DNA of 59,835 nucleotides from Candidatus Saccharimonadia bacterium. GTDB taxonomy: Bacteria; Patescibacteriota; Saccharimonadia; UBA4664. The stretch lies in contig JBBRTI010000003.1 of the NCBI GenBank assembly GCA_038244585.1, forward strand, positions 1 to 59,835. The letters run 5' to 3'. This document shows, in pieces, positions 1-10,800 of the stretch; position 1 is the stretch's first letter; each line of letters begins with the position of its first letter. The notes below the pieces were generated by a model, which saw nothing but the letters and a program-made list of their open reading frames with translations, made no database searches and was not told the DNA's origin. The translations under genes and the position numbers were made by a program.

Positions 1-476
1 AACTGCTCGACGCCGTTGGCACTGGCCGTGTCGGTGGCAAGAGCCGTCAGCGGGTGTCCCGAGTTACTCGGCGGGGTGCCGACCATTGTGACCGCGTAAC
101 CGTATGAAGTGTAGTTAAGGACGCTGAAGGTGGCGGTCGCTGTTGTGGCAACTGTCGTGGAGAGGACTCCAAGGTTAATTGAGGCGGTATTGACAGTAAA
201 GCTCAAGCGCGGGTCGCTGGTGGTATCGTAACCGCTGTTAGTCTGGAAGCTGGTCGAGCCGGCGTTGCCGACGCCGGTGTCACCGAGCGTCGAACCACCT
301 GACTTATAGCTGGTTGAGATACCTTGGGAATCCCCGCCCGGCCCAATATAACTCTCGTTGATACTGAAGTTGGTGGAGCGAAATGACGGATCACCGGGCG
401 TCACCGCCATGGCCGTAGCCGGCCAGGCCATCAGGGCCGCCAGAGCGTAAATTCCTCTGATTCGCAGTCGTCTCAT
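1..476 (-). CDS. Secreted WxL-like surface protein, partial (runs off the left edge)
   Basis: Not in the ORF track. Manual translation gives MRRLRIRGIYALAALMAWPATAMA-VTPGDPSFRSTNFSINESYIGPGG...PRLSFTVNTASINLGVLSTT, open to base 1. It has a signal peptide and resembles the 16581 protein. Alternative ATG at 488. Confidence 0.75.
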   Translation of the reverse strand, partial: MRRLRIRGIYALAALMAWPATAMAVTPGDPSFRSTNFSINESYIGPGGDSQGISTSYKSGGSTLGDTGVGNAGSTSFQTNSGYDTTSDPRLSFTVNTASINLGVLSTTVATTATATFSVLNYTSYGYAVTMVGTPPSNSGHPLTALATDTASANGVEQ

Positions 477-553
477 GATATCTATCATGCCTTATACCGT
501 CGATATTTTCAAACCGCTTAGGCTAATTAAACATATGGGGTTTGGTTTTATAT

Positions 554-562
554 AGCATAAGC
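554..562. promoter_or_regulatory. AGCATAAGC promoter-associated motif in a divergent intergenic region
   Basis: Exact 9-mer. On the minus strand it reads CGCTTATGC-TATATA, abutting a -10-like hexamer. Confidence 0.5.
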
Positions 563-593
563 GCTATATTTAATGCTAAGAGATTATATATAA

Positions 594-1514
594 ATGCCTC
601 CTATTTCCCCCACCCCGCCACAACCTGAACCAAAGCCTACTCCGACCAACAGGTCCTGGTCGCGTATGATGGCGCGGGCCAATAGTGTCTCTAGCGTCAT
701 CGCGCTGCTGGCATTTATATTGCTTGTGGGGAGTATCGCGGGATACTTCTACGCTCAGAGCACCAAGAAGGCTACCGAGCCCGCCAAAACTCAGGTGCAG
801 ACCCTAAGCCAGGACGACATCAAGAAGCTCACCGATGTCAGCACCAGCCTGGGCAATTCCAATCAGACGCTGAACATCGGTGCCAATGCCCTGTTCCGCG
901 GCAAACTGGACGTGACCGGCGATTTTAGTGTCGGCGGACGCTTCAACGCCAACGGGCCGGTTACGCTAAGCGAACTCAATATCAGCGGCACCACGGCCCT
1001 GACTGGGCTCAGCGTAGGATCCAACCTGACAGTATCCGGCCTCACAACGCTGCAAAAAGGCCTTACGGTAGGCCAACTGCTGAGCGTCAACGGCGGCCTC
1101 AACGTCAGTGGCACGGCCAGCGTCAACGCGCTAAACGCGCAATCCATTTCCACCCAAACCATTTCCATTGCCGGCCCGCTGACCATCGGACACCTGCGCA
1201 CTCAAGGCCCCACACCTGGCATTTCAGCCGGCAGTGCCATTGGCGGCGGCGGAACGGTGAGCATCAGCGGCAATGACACCGCCGGTACAGTCAACATCAA
1301 CACCGGCAGCGGAACCACCGGCGGTCTCCTGGCTTCAATCGCCTTCCGTGCCGGTTTTACAGGCGGCGTCCATGTACTGCTGTCGCCCTTGACCGGACCA
1401 AGCGCTTCAACCCCGGTTTACGTCACCCGCACTGCCTCCGGTTTCACTATTCGCACCGACTCGCCTCCCCCAGCCGGCAGCGTTATGGCGTATGATTACT
1501 TCATCACTCAGTAA
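594..1514 (+). CDS. Membrane-anchored beta-helical fibre-like protein (paralog of 19245..20363)
   Basis: Pro-rich N-terminus, one TM helix, repeats such as L.V.G...V.G, then C-terminal head GNDTAGTVNINTG...VLLSP...YVTRTASGFTI...YDYFITQ. Confidence 0.8.
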   Translation: MPPISPTPPQPEPKPTPTNRSWSRMMARANSVSSVIALLAFILLVGSIAGYFYAQSTKKATEPAKTQVQTLSQDDIKKLTDVSTSLGNSNQTLNIGANALFRGKLDVTGDFSVGGRFNANGPVTLSELNISGTTALTGLSVGSNLTVSGLTTLQKGLTVGQLLSVNGGLNVSGTASVNALNAQSISTQTISIAGPLTIGHLRTQGPTPGISAGSAIGGGGTVSISGNDTAGTVNINTGSGTTGGLLASIAFRAGFTGGVHVLLSPLTGPSASTPVYVTRTASGFTIRTDSPPPAGSVMAYDYFITQ

Positions 1515-1532
1515 AACGACCTGCTACCAACC

Positions 1533-2417
1533 ATGCAAATACGCCGCGGCTTAACTACAAACCTCACCTATTGGCGACGCCAACTGCTATCGCCACGTGG
1601 CGTTTACGTTTTGACCTTTTTAGGTATTGGATTAGTTGTGGCCAGTACCACTATATTGCCGTTCCAGTGGGCCAGACACGAGGCCAGGTCCCAGGACGCA
1701 CAATTCCAAGCCGCCCTGCAAGTGGCCCAAGGTGCCGATGCCATCATGTCCAAAGACAGCGGCCTACGCAAGATTGCCTTGCAACAGATAGGTCCGACCA
1801 ATACGTTCGCCGCCAACTCTTGGGAAGCCGCCGATAACTTCAATTCTCAATCTCCGGGACGGCCCCTGGATATCTGGCCGCCGCTTTTGCCACCATCGTC
1901 CTACCCGTCGCGCTACGTGGCGGCGATAAATAAGGCCAGCCGCGATAGCGAGCCAGCGCGCGTGGCAACAGCTGCTGTCTTCCTTGCTACTAAACGCTTC
2001 CTGCTGCACGACGCCAACGTCACCCGCGCCCTGGTAAACATACTGTCGTACAACCCCCAGACTGATTTTGGAGGCAGCACCACCACTGCCGATCGCGCCA
2101 ACCGCCTGCAACGGGCCAAAGACGGCCTTAGCAAAACCCACGCCAATCTAGCCGATATCAACGCCGGCGACGACCCTAGTCTGGCCGACGTATCCCTGGC
2201 AATACAACACCTGCAAACAGCGCGCGACAATTTTGCTGCCGGCGGTTCATTAGCTGAATGGTCCGACCAAGTAGACCTACAGCAAACAACCATCTTGGGC
2301 AACCGCATCCGCTTCTGGAGCGAGCGCGCCGGCGCACTGGACGAGCGCCTCATTGCCGTCATCAACCAGTTGACCACAGCCCACGCTTCCTGGCTTCATC
2401 TCACCGGAGGATTGTAA
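1533..2417 (+). CDS. Hypothetical single-TM, mostly helical extracellular protein
   Basis: 294-aa ORF 18 nt after the previous gene, with an N-terminal TM (VYVLTFLGIGLVVASTTILPF). It converges on the next gene with a 2-nt gap. Confidence 0.7.
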   Translation: MQIRRGLTTNLTYWRRQLLSPRGVYVLTFLGIGLVVASTTILPFQWARHEARSQDAQFQAALQVAQGADAIMSKDSGLRKIALQQIGPTNTFAANSWEAADNFNSQSPGRPLDIWPPLLPPSSYPSRYVAAINKASRDSEPARVATAAVFLATKRFLLHDANVTRALVNILSYNPQTDFGGSTTTADRANRLQRAKDGLSKTHANLADINAGDDPSLADVSLAIQHLQTARDNFAAGGSLAEWSDQVDLQQTTILGNRIRFWSERAGALDERLIAVINQLTTAHASWLHLTGGL

Positions 2418-2419
2418 TT

Positions 2420-5400
2420 CTACTGGGCCCAGAAGTAGTTCTGCTCTTTGCCGGTTTTGGGATCGAACCAAGCGCCGTGACGCAACAGCAAATCAGTTGT
2501 CGGCGCATAGATAAAGGCGTTGGTCTGGAATGTGGGTGCTGACGCGCTGGCCGCTTGGCTCACTCGGAAGTACATCCAGTAGGCGCCGGCGCCATCGGAG
2601 TCATAATATTCGCTCAATCCGTTGGCCGGTTGCCCGCTGATACGGCAGCCAGAGTTAGCCAAACAATCGGTATTGGTACTGATGGTTTCCCACGATGAAG
2701 TGGTGAGGTGGAACACCTCCAGCTTGATATTAGCCGTGGCGGCGCTAACCGTTGATCCGCCGGTCCACTGCACGTTGGCCGGCGTCGTGTTGTCAGTCTG
2801 CTTAATGTTAAACAAATAGTAAGGCTGCTCGTTGGCATTGCCGTAAAGCGTATCGTAGAAGCCATCGTTACTTTGGACGCCGCAGTAACCCATATCGTTA
2901 GCCACCGAGCTACAGTCGGCCGTGGAGTTGCGCGGAGCCAGGCCAAAGTCTAGGTGATATCTAGCGGCGTTGATGCGAGCATTACGCGGTCCGGCCGGAG
3001 TGGTTTCAATAGCGCTGGGTTTTACCGAAGGAATCTTGAGTTTAGCAATTTTTAAATCCAGGTTACTGGCGTCATAATAACTAACCCATGGCATACCGGA
3101 ATAATCAAAGGCGATGGTAGTATATTGGCCTACCGTACCACCTGTATTGATGCTGCCGCAGTTCCAAGCGGTGGAAGTACAGTTACCGCCGCTGGTCACA
3201 AAATGGGCCACCCGCAAGTCGCCTGCACTGGAGTCGTAGTAGCTGATCCACGGGTTGCCGGTGGCATCAAAGGCAATCGACGAATATTGCCCGTCGGAGG
3301 CCGAGTTATCAACCTGCGTACACTGCCAAGCCGCGCTCAAGCTGCAGTTGCCGCCCGTTCCAACGTATTTGGCTACGTCCAGAGCAGTGTTGGTGCCGTC
3401 GTAATAGGTAATCCAAGGCTTGCCATTGGTATCCATACTCATGGAGGTTGACGACGCGCCGGCCGCGTCCACCGAGGTACATTGCCACAAGCTGGAGGTA
3501 CAGCCGCTACCGCCTGCACCCACATATTGAGCTACGCGCAGTTGACCGTTTGCGCTGTCATAATAACTGATCCAGGGCGTACCGCTACTATCAAAACTCA
3601 GGTTAGAAAATTGGCCGGCGGTGACCGTGGCATCAACCGTGGTACAGGTCCAGGCAGTAGAGAGCCCGCAACCAGTGCCGTTGAGGCCAACGTACTGGGC
3701 CATTCGCAACCGGAAGTTGGTGTTATCATAATAGGCTATCCACGGTACATCAGATTTACTGAAGGCAATTGACGTGTATTGTCCTGTCGAACCATTATCG
3801 ATGGCAGAACAGTTCCACAGTGCCGTACCGCCCGTGCTCAAGCAGGAACCACTGGCCGATACTTCTTGCGCCACACGCAACGTTCCCGCCGTGTTATCAC
3901 GGAATGCCACCCACGGGGTGCCATCGCCCGCGAAGGCCAAGGAGCTATGCTGGCCCTTGGTATTGGTAGTTTCCATAGCTGCACACGTCCACTGGGTATT
4001 GGCACAACCTGTGCCTCCGCTGCCCGAATATTTCGCATATCTGAGTGCCGAGTTTGTTGAATCGTAATAGCTAAGCCACGGTCGGCCGGCCGGGTCAAAG
4101 GCAAAACTGTTATAGGTACCGACGCTATTAGTACTTTGGATAGCCTCACAGCCCCAAGTCGCATCGCCGTCGCAGGTAGGAAAACTAGGGTTGGTGTCTT
4201 TTGAAAACCGTAGGTTGGGAGACGCGTCCATTGTGAGAGTAGGATAAGCTGCCACCGTCGTTGGCCCCCGCCACACACCCTTATCATTGCGGTCTGAGGT
4301 CGATGAAGCCAACATGAACCGATAGGTGGCTCCCGCCGTAGCCTGAGTAGTATCCAGCGTAAATGCCACTTCAGTACACTGCCCGACCAGGTTGCCGGCC
4401 GGCAAAATAGAAGTAGTGCCGGTGGTGGAGTTGGTCTGCGCCTGTGACCCGGTACCCCAGACCCCGTTGGTCCATTGCGCGCCGGCCGTGAGACAGTCGG
4501 CGTCGTTTTGGTTAGTGGTATCATTGACGGCCGTCATATCCGCCTGGGACTTAGTGATACCGGCCGGGCTGACACCCGCGATTCCCGCGGCCGGCAGGAT
4601 TTCCCCGCCGCCAGTGACCTGCGCTGTCCTGAGGGATGTGTTAGTGGGGTCATAATAAGCCGCCCACAAGTTCCCGTCAGGTGCTGTCGCCACACTGGTA
4701 AACTGGCCAGTGCTGGTGCCAGTGTTATCCACCGCGCTACAGTTCCAGGCCGCGCTAGTACAGTTACCTCCTGAGCCAACCAGGCGCGCAATCCTTAATG
4801 AAGTATTGGTTGTGTCGGTGTATGACACCGCAATCTGACCGGAGGCATCCGCCGCAAGCGAAGTGTACCGACCAGTATCAGTGCCGGTGTTGTCCACCTG
4901 CCCGCAGGTCCAGCCCGACCCCGTACAGGCAGTGCCGAAGCCACCACCGTTGGTCGCCACCCTCAGGGCACTGCTGGTAGCGTCATAATAACTAACCCAA
5001 GCATTACCTGTGGGGCCAAATAACAGACTGGGGTACGAGCCCGTATCAGTGCCGGTATTGTCCACAGAGGTGCAAGTGAACGCCACAGAACCGGTTGCGC
5101 CACAACCAGTGCCGTTGGAACCGCCGACGAAGTTAGCGACATTCAGCTCCGTAGAGGCTTTGTCGTAATAGGCAATCCACGGCTTGCCGGCATGGTCAAA
5201 GGCGATACTGGAATAATCAATGCCGGTCGCATTACCTTCATCGAGCACGGCGCAGTTAAAGGTAGCCGTTGCGCCACATCCGGTACCACCGGAAGCCACA
5301 TAGGTGGCATATTTATTGCCTTTGAGGGTACCGTTATCATATGAATACGACACCCAGGCGTTACCGGTCTGGTCAAAAGCAATTGAGCTGAACGAGCCGG

Positions 5401-7768
5401 TGGTATTGGCCGTGTTGTCGACCGTCAGACAGTCCCAGGTAGTGGAGCCTCCCGTGCCGCAACCCGTACCGGCGGTGGTGGTATCAGTATGATAATGAGC
5501 CACCTTAAGGTCGGTGTTAGTAGCATCGTAATAACTCACCCACGGGGTGCCGGCACCATCAAAACCCAGAGAAGTATGCTGGCCCAAGTTGGTAGCGGTG
5601 TTTTTATCGATAACTGTGCATTGCCAGGCGCTGGAGCCGCTAGTACCGCAACCCGTGCCGCCATACCCAACGTATTTACCCACCACCAGGCTCTGACCGG
5701 TGGCATCATAATAGCTCACCCAAGGACGACCCGAGAGATCAAAGGCCATGGACGCATATTGACCGGTATCGGTACCCGCTGTATTATCTACCACCCCGCA
5801 ATTGTATTTGGTATCGGTACAGTTGCCGGCCGCGGTATCAGGCAGGGCATGGCCATCAACTTTATGGAAATAGCCGTCACCACGATCATAAAACAGCCCC
5901 AGACTGCCGGATAACGGGTCCACCCCCGTATTGCGAATATGAAACCGCACCGTCAGCCTCTCGCCCTGCCTAACGTTTGTTATGGGTGTGCTGCCAACGG
6001 CTTGGACCGAATCTCCGTCTGCGGTGTTCCCTACTACAGGCACTTGGTCATCGTTCTGCCAAATGTAGCCGTCCTGATTGAGTTTGGGAGGCCCTGGAAC
6101 AGGCACATTCTGCCAGTAGGCGAAGGAAAATGGACCGCCCGTGGAGGCCGAAATGTTGGTACTACTGACTGAGGCGCCACCATCACTGTCGCTCCAGGTT
6201 AAGGTGCCCGTGCTGCTCATTACAACATGTTTAGCGTAGAGCTTGTTGCCGGAGTCGGTAAACATGAGCATCACACGGTTGAGGTGGAATGGGTCTTTGC
6301 GACTTTTGTAATAGCGGGTGGTGGTGGTAGGTAGCGGGGTTGGGGTAAAGTCGGTTGCTTTGGTGAAGGTCCCGGCGTTACCAGTAAAGTAGTCGATGGC
6401 CTGAGAATTTGAGTCGGCGTACATTACGATACTTCTGGTTGTGGCCCCGTTTATCATCCAGTTGGCCGTCACTAGTTTATTGCCTTGAGTCGGGCCTTCA
6501 CAGGAAGTATCAGCGTTCTGGGTACCCGTCCAAGTACTCCCCGACCAATAACCTAGAGACAAGTCGGAACTACCGGCTTCGATGGCACCAAACACGATTT
6601 CATTGGTCTGAGGATTGGCTGACATGTCTAAACTGGTGCCAGAGTCCGAAACGGTAGGTACGTTGGCTGTAGCCTGCCAGGTACAACTCGCCCCGCCGCC
6701 GGTACACCGTTTGTACTGAATGTGGTTGGTGCCCGTTCCGTTCAGTCCCCAGGCAATCATCAAGTTGCCACTCACCGACTCAAATGCCAGGTCGAAGGCT
6801 TCCACATCCTGATATGTTGTTGAGGATACGGTATCAAGCGTAGTTGTGAGGGCTGCGCTAGGCTCATTGCCCCAGCTGGTTCCATTCCAGGTCATAGCCG
6901 ACAAGTCGCGGTTTGAGTCTCCCCAAATAGCGGCCAGAGTATTTGTATTGGGATCTGATTGCATTTCCACCCAGTCAACCGAGCCGGAGGTGCGCGCGGG
7001 ACTAATGTTGGTAGCCGAGCTCCAATTGCCACCGCCACAGCCTTTCGTACCAGATTTGGTGCGGGTTGCCAACTCATTGGAGCCGGTGCTGCCCGTGGCA
7101 TACAGCACGACGACATTGCCGCTTATTTTCTCATATTCCAATTCGAACGGACGAATGTTGGTTTGGTTGGTGGTAGTGGCCGTCCACTCGTTGCTCCAAC
7201 TTGTACCGTCATAGCACATAGCCTGGAGCGTAGATGGAGATATTTTGTAGACCGCAATAGCCTCAGTCATAATGGGTGAGGTCTTCATCACGAAGCTGGT
7301 GGCGACAGCATTTGAAGCAGTAGTCTGTTCCGTGTCGAAACTATCGGTGCTTTCGGAGTAGTTTTTAAACCGTGGCGTGGTATTACCGGAGAGGGCGTAA
7401 ATAGTTAGGCCGTCCCCTATCGCGATGGACGCGTTGGCGGCGGGCGGAGTTAGCAGGAATGAGAACAGGGATAGAAAAAACGTCAGAGCAAACACCGCTA
7501 CGGCTACTACGTTCATGCGCCGGGTTCGCTCAATTTTATTCTTACGATTCGCCCGATTGCGGTGCTTAAGAATGGACATGTTGTGGGTAATTGTATGTAT
7601 CAGAACATTTATGGGGCCGCCAAATTGTGCTCGAAGGTAGTTAATCGGCCGCAATAATACCGACAATAGATGCTGAGCTGGAGTCAGCGGCGCATTAAAA
7701 CTAGCCGGCTGCACGCGTGCTGTCGGACGCTGGGAGCGAGTTGGGCGACGGAACCCGTCTACGCTCAT
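2420..7768 (-). CDS. Large secreted multi-beta-propeller surface protein/adhesin
   Basis: 1782-aa ORF. Hydrophobic segment ending PPAANA (signal-peptidase-like site), an N-terminal propeller-like region, and two blocks of seven S[IL]AFD..G.PW[IV]SYYD repeats. Confidence 0.88.
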   Translation of the reverse strand: MSVDGFRRPTRSQRPTARVQPASFNAPLTPAQHLLSVLLRPINYLRAQFGGPINVLIHTITHNMSILKHRNRANRKNKIERTRRMNVVAVAVFALTFFLSLFSFLLTPPAANASIAIGDGLTIYALSGNTTPRFKNYSESTDSFDTEQTTASNAVATSFVMKTSPIMTEAIAVYKISPSTLQAMCYDGTSWSNEWTATTTNQTNIRPFELEYEKISGNVVVLYATGSTGSNELATRTKSGTKGCGGGNWSSATNISPARTSGSVDWVEMQSDPNTNTLAAIWGDSNRDLSAMTWNGTSWGNEPSAALTTTLDTVSSTTYQDVEAFDLAFESVSGNLMIAWGLNGTGTNHIQYKRCTGGGASCTWQATANVPTVSDSGTSLDMSANPQTNEIVFGAIEAGSSDLSLGYWSGSTWTGTQNADTSCEGPTQGNKLVTANWMINGATTRSIVMYADSNSQAIDYFTGNAGTFTKATDFTPTPLPTTTTRYYKSRKDPFHLNRVMLMFTDSGNKLYAKHVVMSSTGTLTWSDSDGGASVSSTNISASTGGPFSFAYWQNVPVPGPPKLNQDGYIWQNDDQVPVVGNTADGDSVQAVGSTPITNVRQGERLTVRFHIRNTGVDPLSGSLGLFYDRGDGYFHKVDGHALPDTAAGNCTDTKYNCGVVDNTAGTDTGQYASMAFDLSGRPWVSYYDATGQSLVVGKYVGYGGTGCGTSGSSAWQCTVIDKNTATNLGQHTSLGFDGAGTPWVSYYDATNTDLKVAHYHTDTTTAGTGCGTGGSTTWDCLTVDNTANTTGSFSSIAFDQTGNAWVSYSYDNGTLKGNKYATYVASGGTGCGATATFNCAVLDEGNATGIDYSSIAFDHAGKPWIAYYDKASTELNVANFVGGSNGTGCGATGSVAFTCTSVDNTGTDTGSYPSLLFGPTGNAWVSYYDATSSALRVATNGGGFGTACTGSGWTCGQVDNTGTDTGRYTSLAADASGQIAVSYTDTTNTSLRIARLVGSGGNCTSAAWNCSAVDNTGTSTGQFTSVATAPDGNLWAAYYDPTNTSLRTAQVTGGGEILPAAGIAGVSPAGITKSQADMTAVNDTTNQNDADCLTAGAQWTNGVWGTGSQAQTNSTTGTTSILPAGNLVGQCTEVAFTLDTTQATAGATYRFMLASSTSDRNDKGVWRGPTTVAAYPTLTMDASPNLRFSKDTNPSFPTCDGDATWGCEAIQSTNSVGTYNSFAFDPAGRPWLSYYDSTNSALRYAKYSGSGGTGCANTQWTCAAMETTNTKGQHSSLAFAGDGTPWVAFRDNTAGTLRVAQEVSASGSCLSTGGTALWNCSAIDNGSTGQYTSIAFSKSDVPWIAYYDNTNFRLRMAQYVGLNGTGCGLSTAWTCTTVDATVTAGQFSNLSFDSSGTPWISYYDSANGQLRVAQYVGAGGSGCTSSLWQCTSVDAAGASSTSMSMDTNGKPWITYYDGTNTALDVAKYVGTGGNCSLSAAWQCTQVDNSASDGQYSSIAFDATGNPWISYYDSSAGDLRVAHFVTSGGNCTSTAWNCGSINTGGTVGQYTTIAFDYSGMPWVSYYDASNLDLKIAKLKIPSVKPSAIETTPAGPRNARINAARYHLDFGLAPRNSTADCSSVANDMGYCGVQSNDGFYDTLYGNANEQPYYLFNIKQTDNTTPANVQWTGGSTVSAATANIKLEVFHLTTSSWETISTNTDCLANSGCRISGQPANGLSEYYDSDGAGAYWMYFRVSQAASASAPTFQTNAFIYAPTTDLLLRHGAWFDPKTGKEQNYFWAQ
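3035..4177 (-). repeat. Seven ~50-aa blade repeats (propeller B), each with a Cys pair
   Basis: GTYNSFAFDPAGRPWLSYYD, GQHSSLAFAGDGTPWVAFRD, GQYTSIAFSKSDVPWIAYYD, GQFSNLSFDSSGTPWISYYD, ASSTSMSMDTNGKPWITYYD, GQYSSIAFDATGNPWISYYD, GQYTTIAFDYSGMPWVSYYD. Confidence 0.85.
4612..5825 (-). repeat. Seven ~55-aa blade repeats (propeller A), each with a Cys pair
   Basis: GQYASMAFDLSGRPWVSYYD through GQFTSVATAPDGNLWAAYYD. I counted seven copies. Confidence 0.85.
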
Positions 7769-7850
7769 GCTGAAACGCTGCTAAATACCACTCTCATCAT
7801 GATTGAGTATATCATTTACGCTTATGCTAGCCCAGACCAGAACGGCAGTT

Positions 7851-10800
7851 TTAGAAGCTAGCACGGTAATCAAAGCGGATCTCACCGGCCAGGGCACTGT
7901 TGCTCGTGGACGATGAATTCAGACGTACCCGGAAGGTAGCGACTTCGTTAGCCGCAAAACCGCAAGCAGTTATAGTTCCTGAGAGCGGGTTTTCCGACCA
8001 ACCCCCGGTGTTTGAAGTAATAGTGGTCGTAGTGCCGCACTGCGTGCCGTTGGCGCGGAATAATGCCAGTTGGACGCTATCGTTAACGGTCGAACGGAAG
8101 CCCCACATATTGACGGTGGTATCGGAGGCAAAAGCGTTGAAGTCGCTGGGGATGATGTAGTGGACATAGACGTCATAGGTCTGGTTGCTCGTATTGATGG
8201 AGTTCCACTTGTAATAGTTGTGGACGTCGCCAGCGGTAGGACAGAATGCCACGGTGGTCGTGATGGTCAGGCTGGCCAAGTTGGAAGCGGCGCAGAAATC
8301 AGAGGTCATAGTTCCGGTAGTGCCTGTCGCGGCGCTGGCACTCATGGTAGCGCCGGGGTATTCCGGCGATAAGTTAATGCGGCGCGTGGGGCGGGCCGTA
8401 CCGTTGTAAGTAACGGCTTTAGTTGTGGCATCAAATGATGAGTTGTTGGTGGAGTCACCAATTTGGACCAGGTTGGCGAGTTCCACCGTGCCCGTAACAT
8501 ACAACGCCGAGTTAGCCAGGGTACCGTTGCCGAGCGTCGGTGAGCCGCTGCCTAATCGGACTTTGAACTGGCTAGAATCAATCGTCATGACACCGTTGCC
8601 TAACGTCGCGATGCCGGTGGATGTCATGTTGCCGTTGGTCTGGACGCTGAAGACAGTCGAAGATGATGCTTGTAGGTTGACTAGCGTGGTGCCGGCCGTC
8701 TTGTTGATAAACAGTGAGGTATTGGTCGACGTATCGCCTTGGGCGGTGCCAGGTGCCAGCTGGACATACCCGCCCGCATAGAAGGCCGCGTAGGTGCTGC
8801 CGCAGGTCGAGGCGTAGGTCGTACAAATCTGGTAAGTTCCGGTGGTGGCGGTAGCAAACTGGTAGATGACGGCCGCAGTAGGATTGGCGAAGCCAACGCT
8901 TGTAGTGAAACCCGCGTTGGTGCCCGATAGCGTGGTGCCGGCGGCGGCTCCCTGCAAGGTCAGCGACCCGGCCGCCTTGCCGACCGTGACGCCGGAGGCG
9001 GTAGTGGTACCGATATTGATGGCGGTAGCCCCGCTGGCATCGATGGCGCCGGCCGAACTGAACGTGATGCCGGTGACACCGCTGACCGCTCCAGCTCCGG
9101 TTACGCCACCGGCGTTGTTGGCGATGCCGCCGGTGACCGAGGCACCGCCATTGGCGGACAACAACCCCGTGACGTTGACTGCGCTATTGAAGTTGGCCGA
9201 GTTGGTAACGGTCAGACCGTTGGCCGTCAGGAGCCCGGAAGTATTAACGATAGCCAGTTGCGACGTCGCACCCAGCGTTTGGCCGTTGATGGTGCCGCTG
9301 GTTACAGCACCGCCGGCTGCCACCGCGAACTTACTAGTTTCACTACCGCTGGCGCCGCTCCACAAGTCCAATAAATTGCCTCCTATGGCGGCGTTGGTCA
9401 GCTTGGCAAATATCAGAGCATTGCCGGCGCCGGCGTTGGCTGCCGCGGTCACCTTAAGCGCCGAACCGGTTCCGGCACCGCTGTCGAGCTGGAGTACGTC
9501 GGCGGTAGCAGCTCCGGTGTTGGCGAAGCGGTACAGATACTGGCCGGCCGTCAGTCCGACCGACGATGACTCATTAGCGATGTTCTTGCGCAAGTTCGTC
9601 GTGGTACAGGAATTGATGTCGCTCGTACAAATATTATAGGTTGTCGCGCTACTCGGCGCGGCAAATTGGTAAGTTGCCACTGTGGCCGACGATACGGCGT
9701 TGACCGTGGTGTTGCCAAAAACCAGCTTGGAAGCCGAACCACCCTGAACTATGGTTGTCGCTGTCGAATTCCCCACGTTTATGGCGGACGCATTGGAGGT
9801 ACCAAGGTTCACAATTCCTGTAGTCGATGTTGCCGTACCCGAGTCAATTGTGACGTTACCCGAGGTACCGGCGCTGGCGTTGCCGGAAGTTAGCGTGACG
9901 GCGGAACTGACGGCGGCATCAGCCGATTTGAAAGCTCCTCCGCCGGTAATCGTACTGTTTGCCGTCACGGTGGTCGCGCCGGAAATGGCTCCGGCATTAG
10001 TCACGCCACCGCTCTGATTATCCAAACCGCCGGTCAGTTTCAAACTCCCAGTAAGACTGTTCTGGGCGGCGCTGGTTACGTTCAGCGTACCATTAGTGAG
10101 GGTCAAGTTGCCGGCGGACACTGTGACATTCGAGGTGACTCCCAGCGTACCGGTAATAGCTGAGTTGCCTGTGACGCCAATGCCGCCGGCCTGCACAGTT
10201 ACGGCTCCGGCCGAGGTTACAGTGCCGGAAAACTGCGCCGTCGAAGTTATAGTCTGACCATTAATAGCACCTGCGGCCGTCACCGCACCGGCACTCGTGA
10301 CGCTGAATTTACTCACACTAGCTGCCTGTATATCCAATAAGTTGCCGCTGGGCGCGACGTTGGTATTGTTGGCAAAGATAACCGCGGCACCGCCCACTGG
10401 GTTTCCGGACTGGGTTACGCTAAGGGCTGATCCCGTACCTGCCCCAGTCAGTTGCAGCACGTTGCCGGAGGTGTTGGTGAGGCCCATCAGGTACCCGGCG
10501 ACGCCGGCACTGGACGTGTCGGCCGCGTTCTTAGCCAGGTAATTTCCGACGGCCAAGTACGTTCCGGAACAAGTACCGACGACTGTAGTACATACGGTCC
10601 CGCCGGCGTTACTGAACGTCGTAGTAGTGGTAGCCGTCGGGTTGGCAAAGGCAACAGTAGAAGAAAATGTCCCCGCCGCATTCGACATTACCAGGCTGGA
10701 TGAGGCAGCCGCCCCCTGGATCGATACCGTAGCCGGCGTAGCGCCATTGTGGCCGACAGTGATATTAGGCGCGTTCGTGGCTCCGATGTTCAAATTGCCC

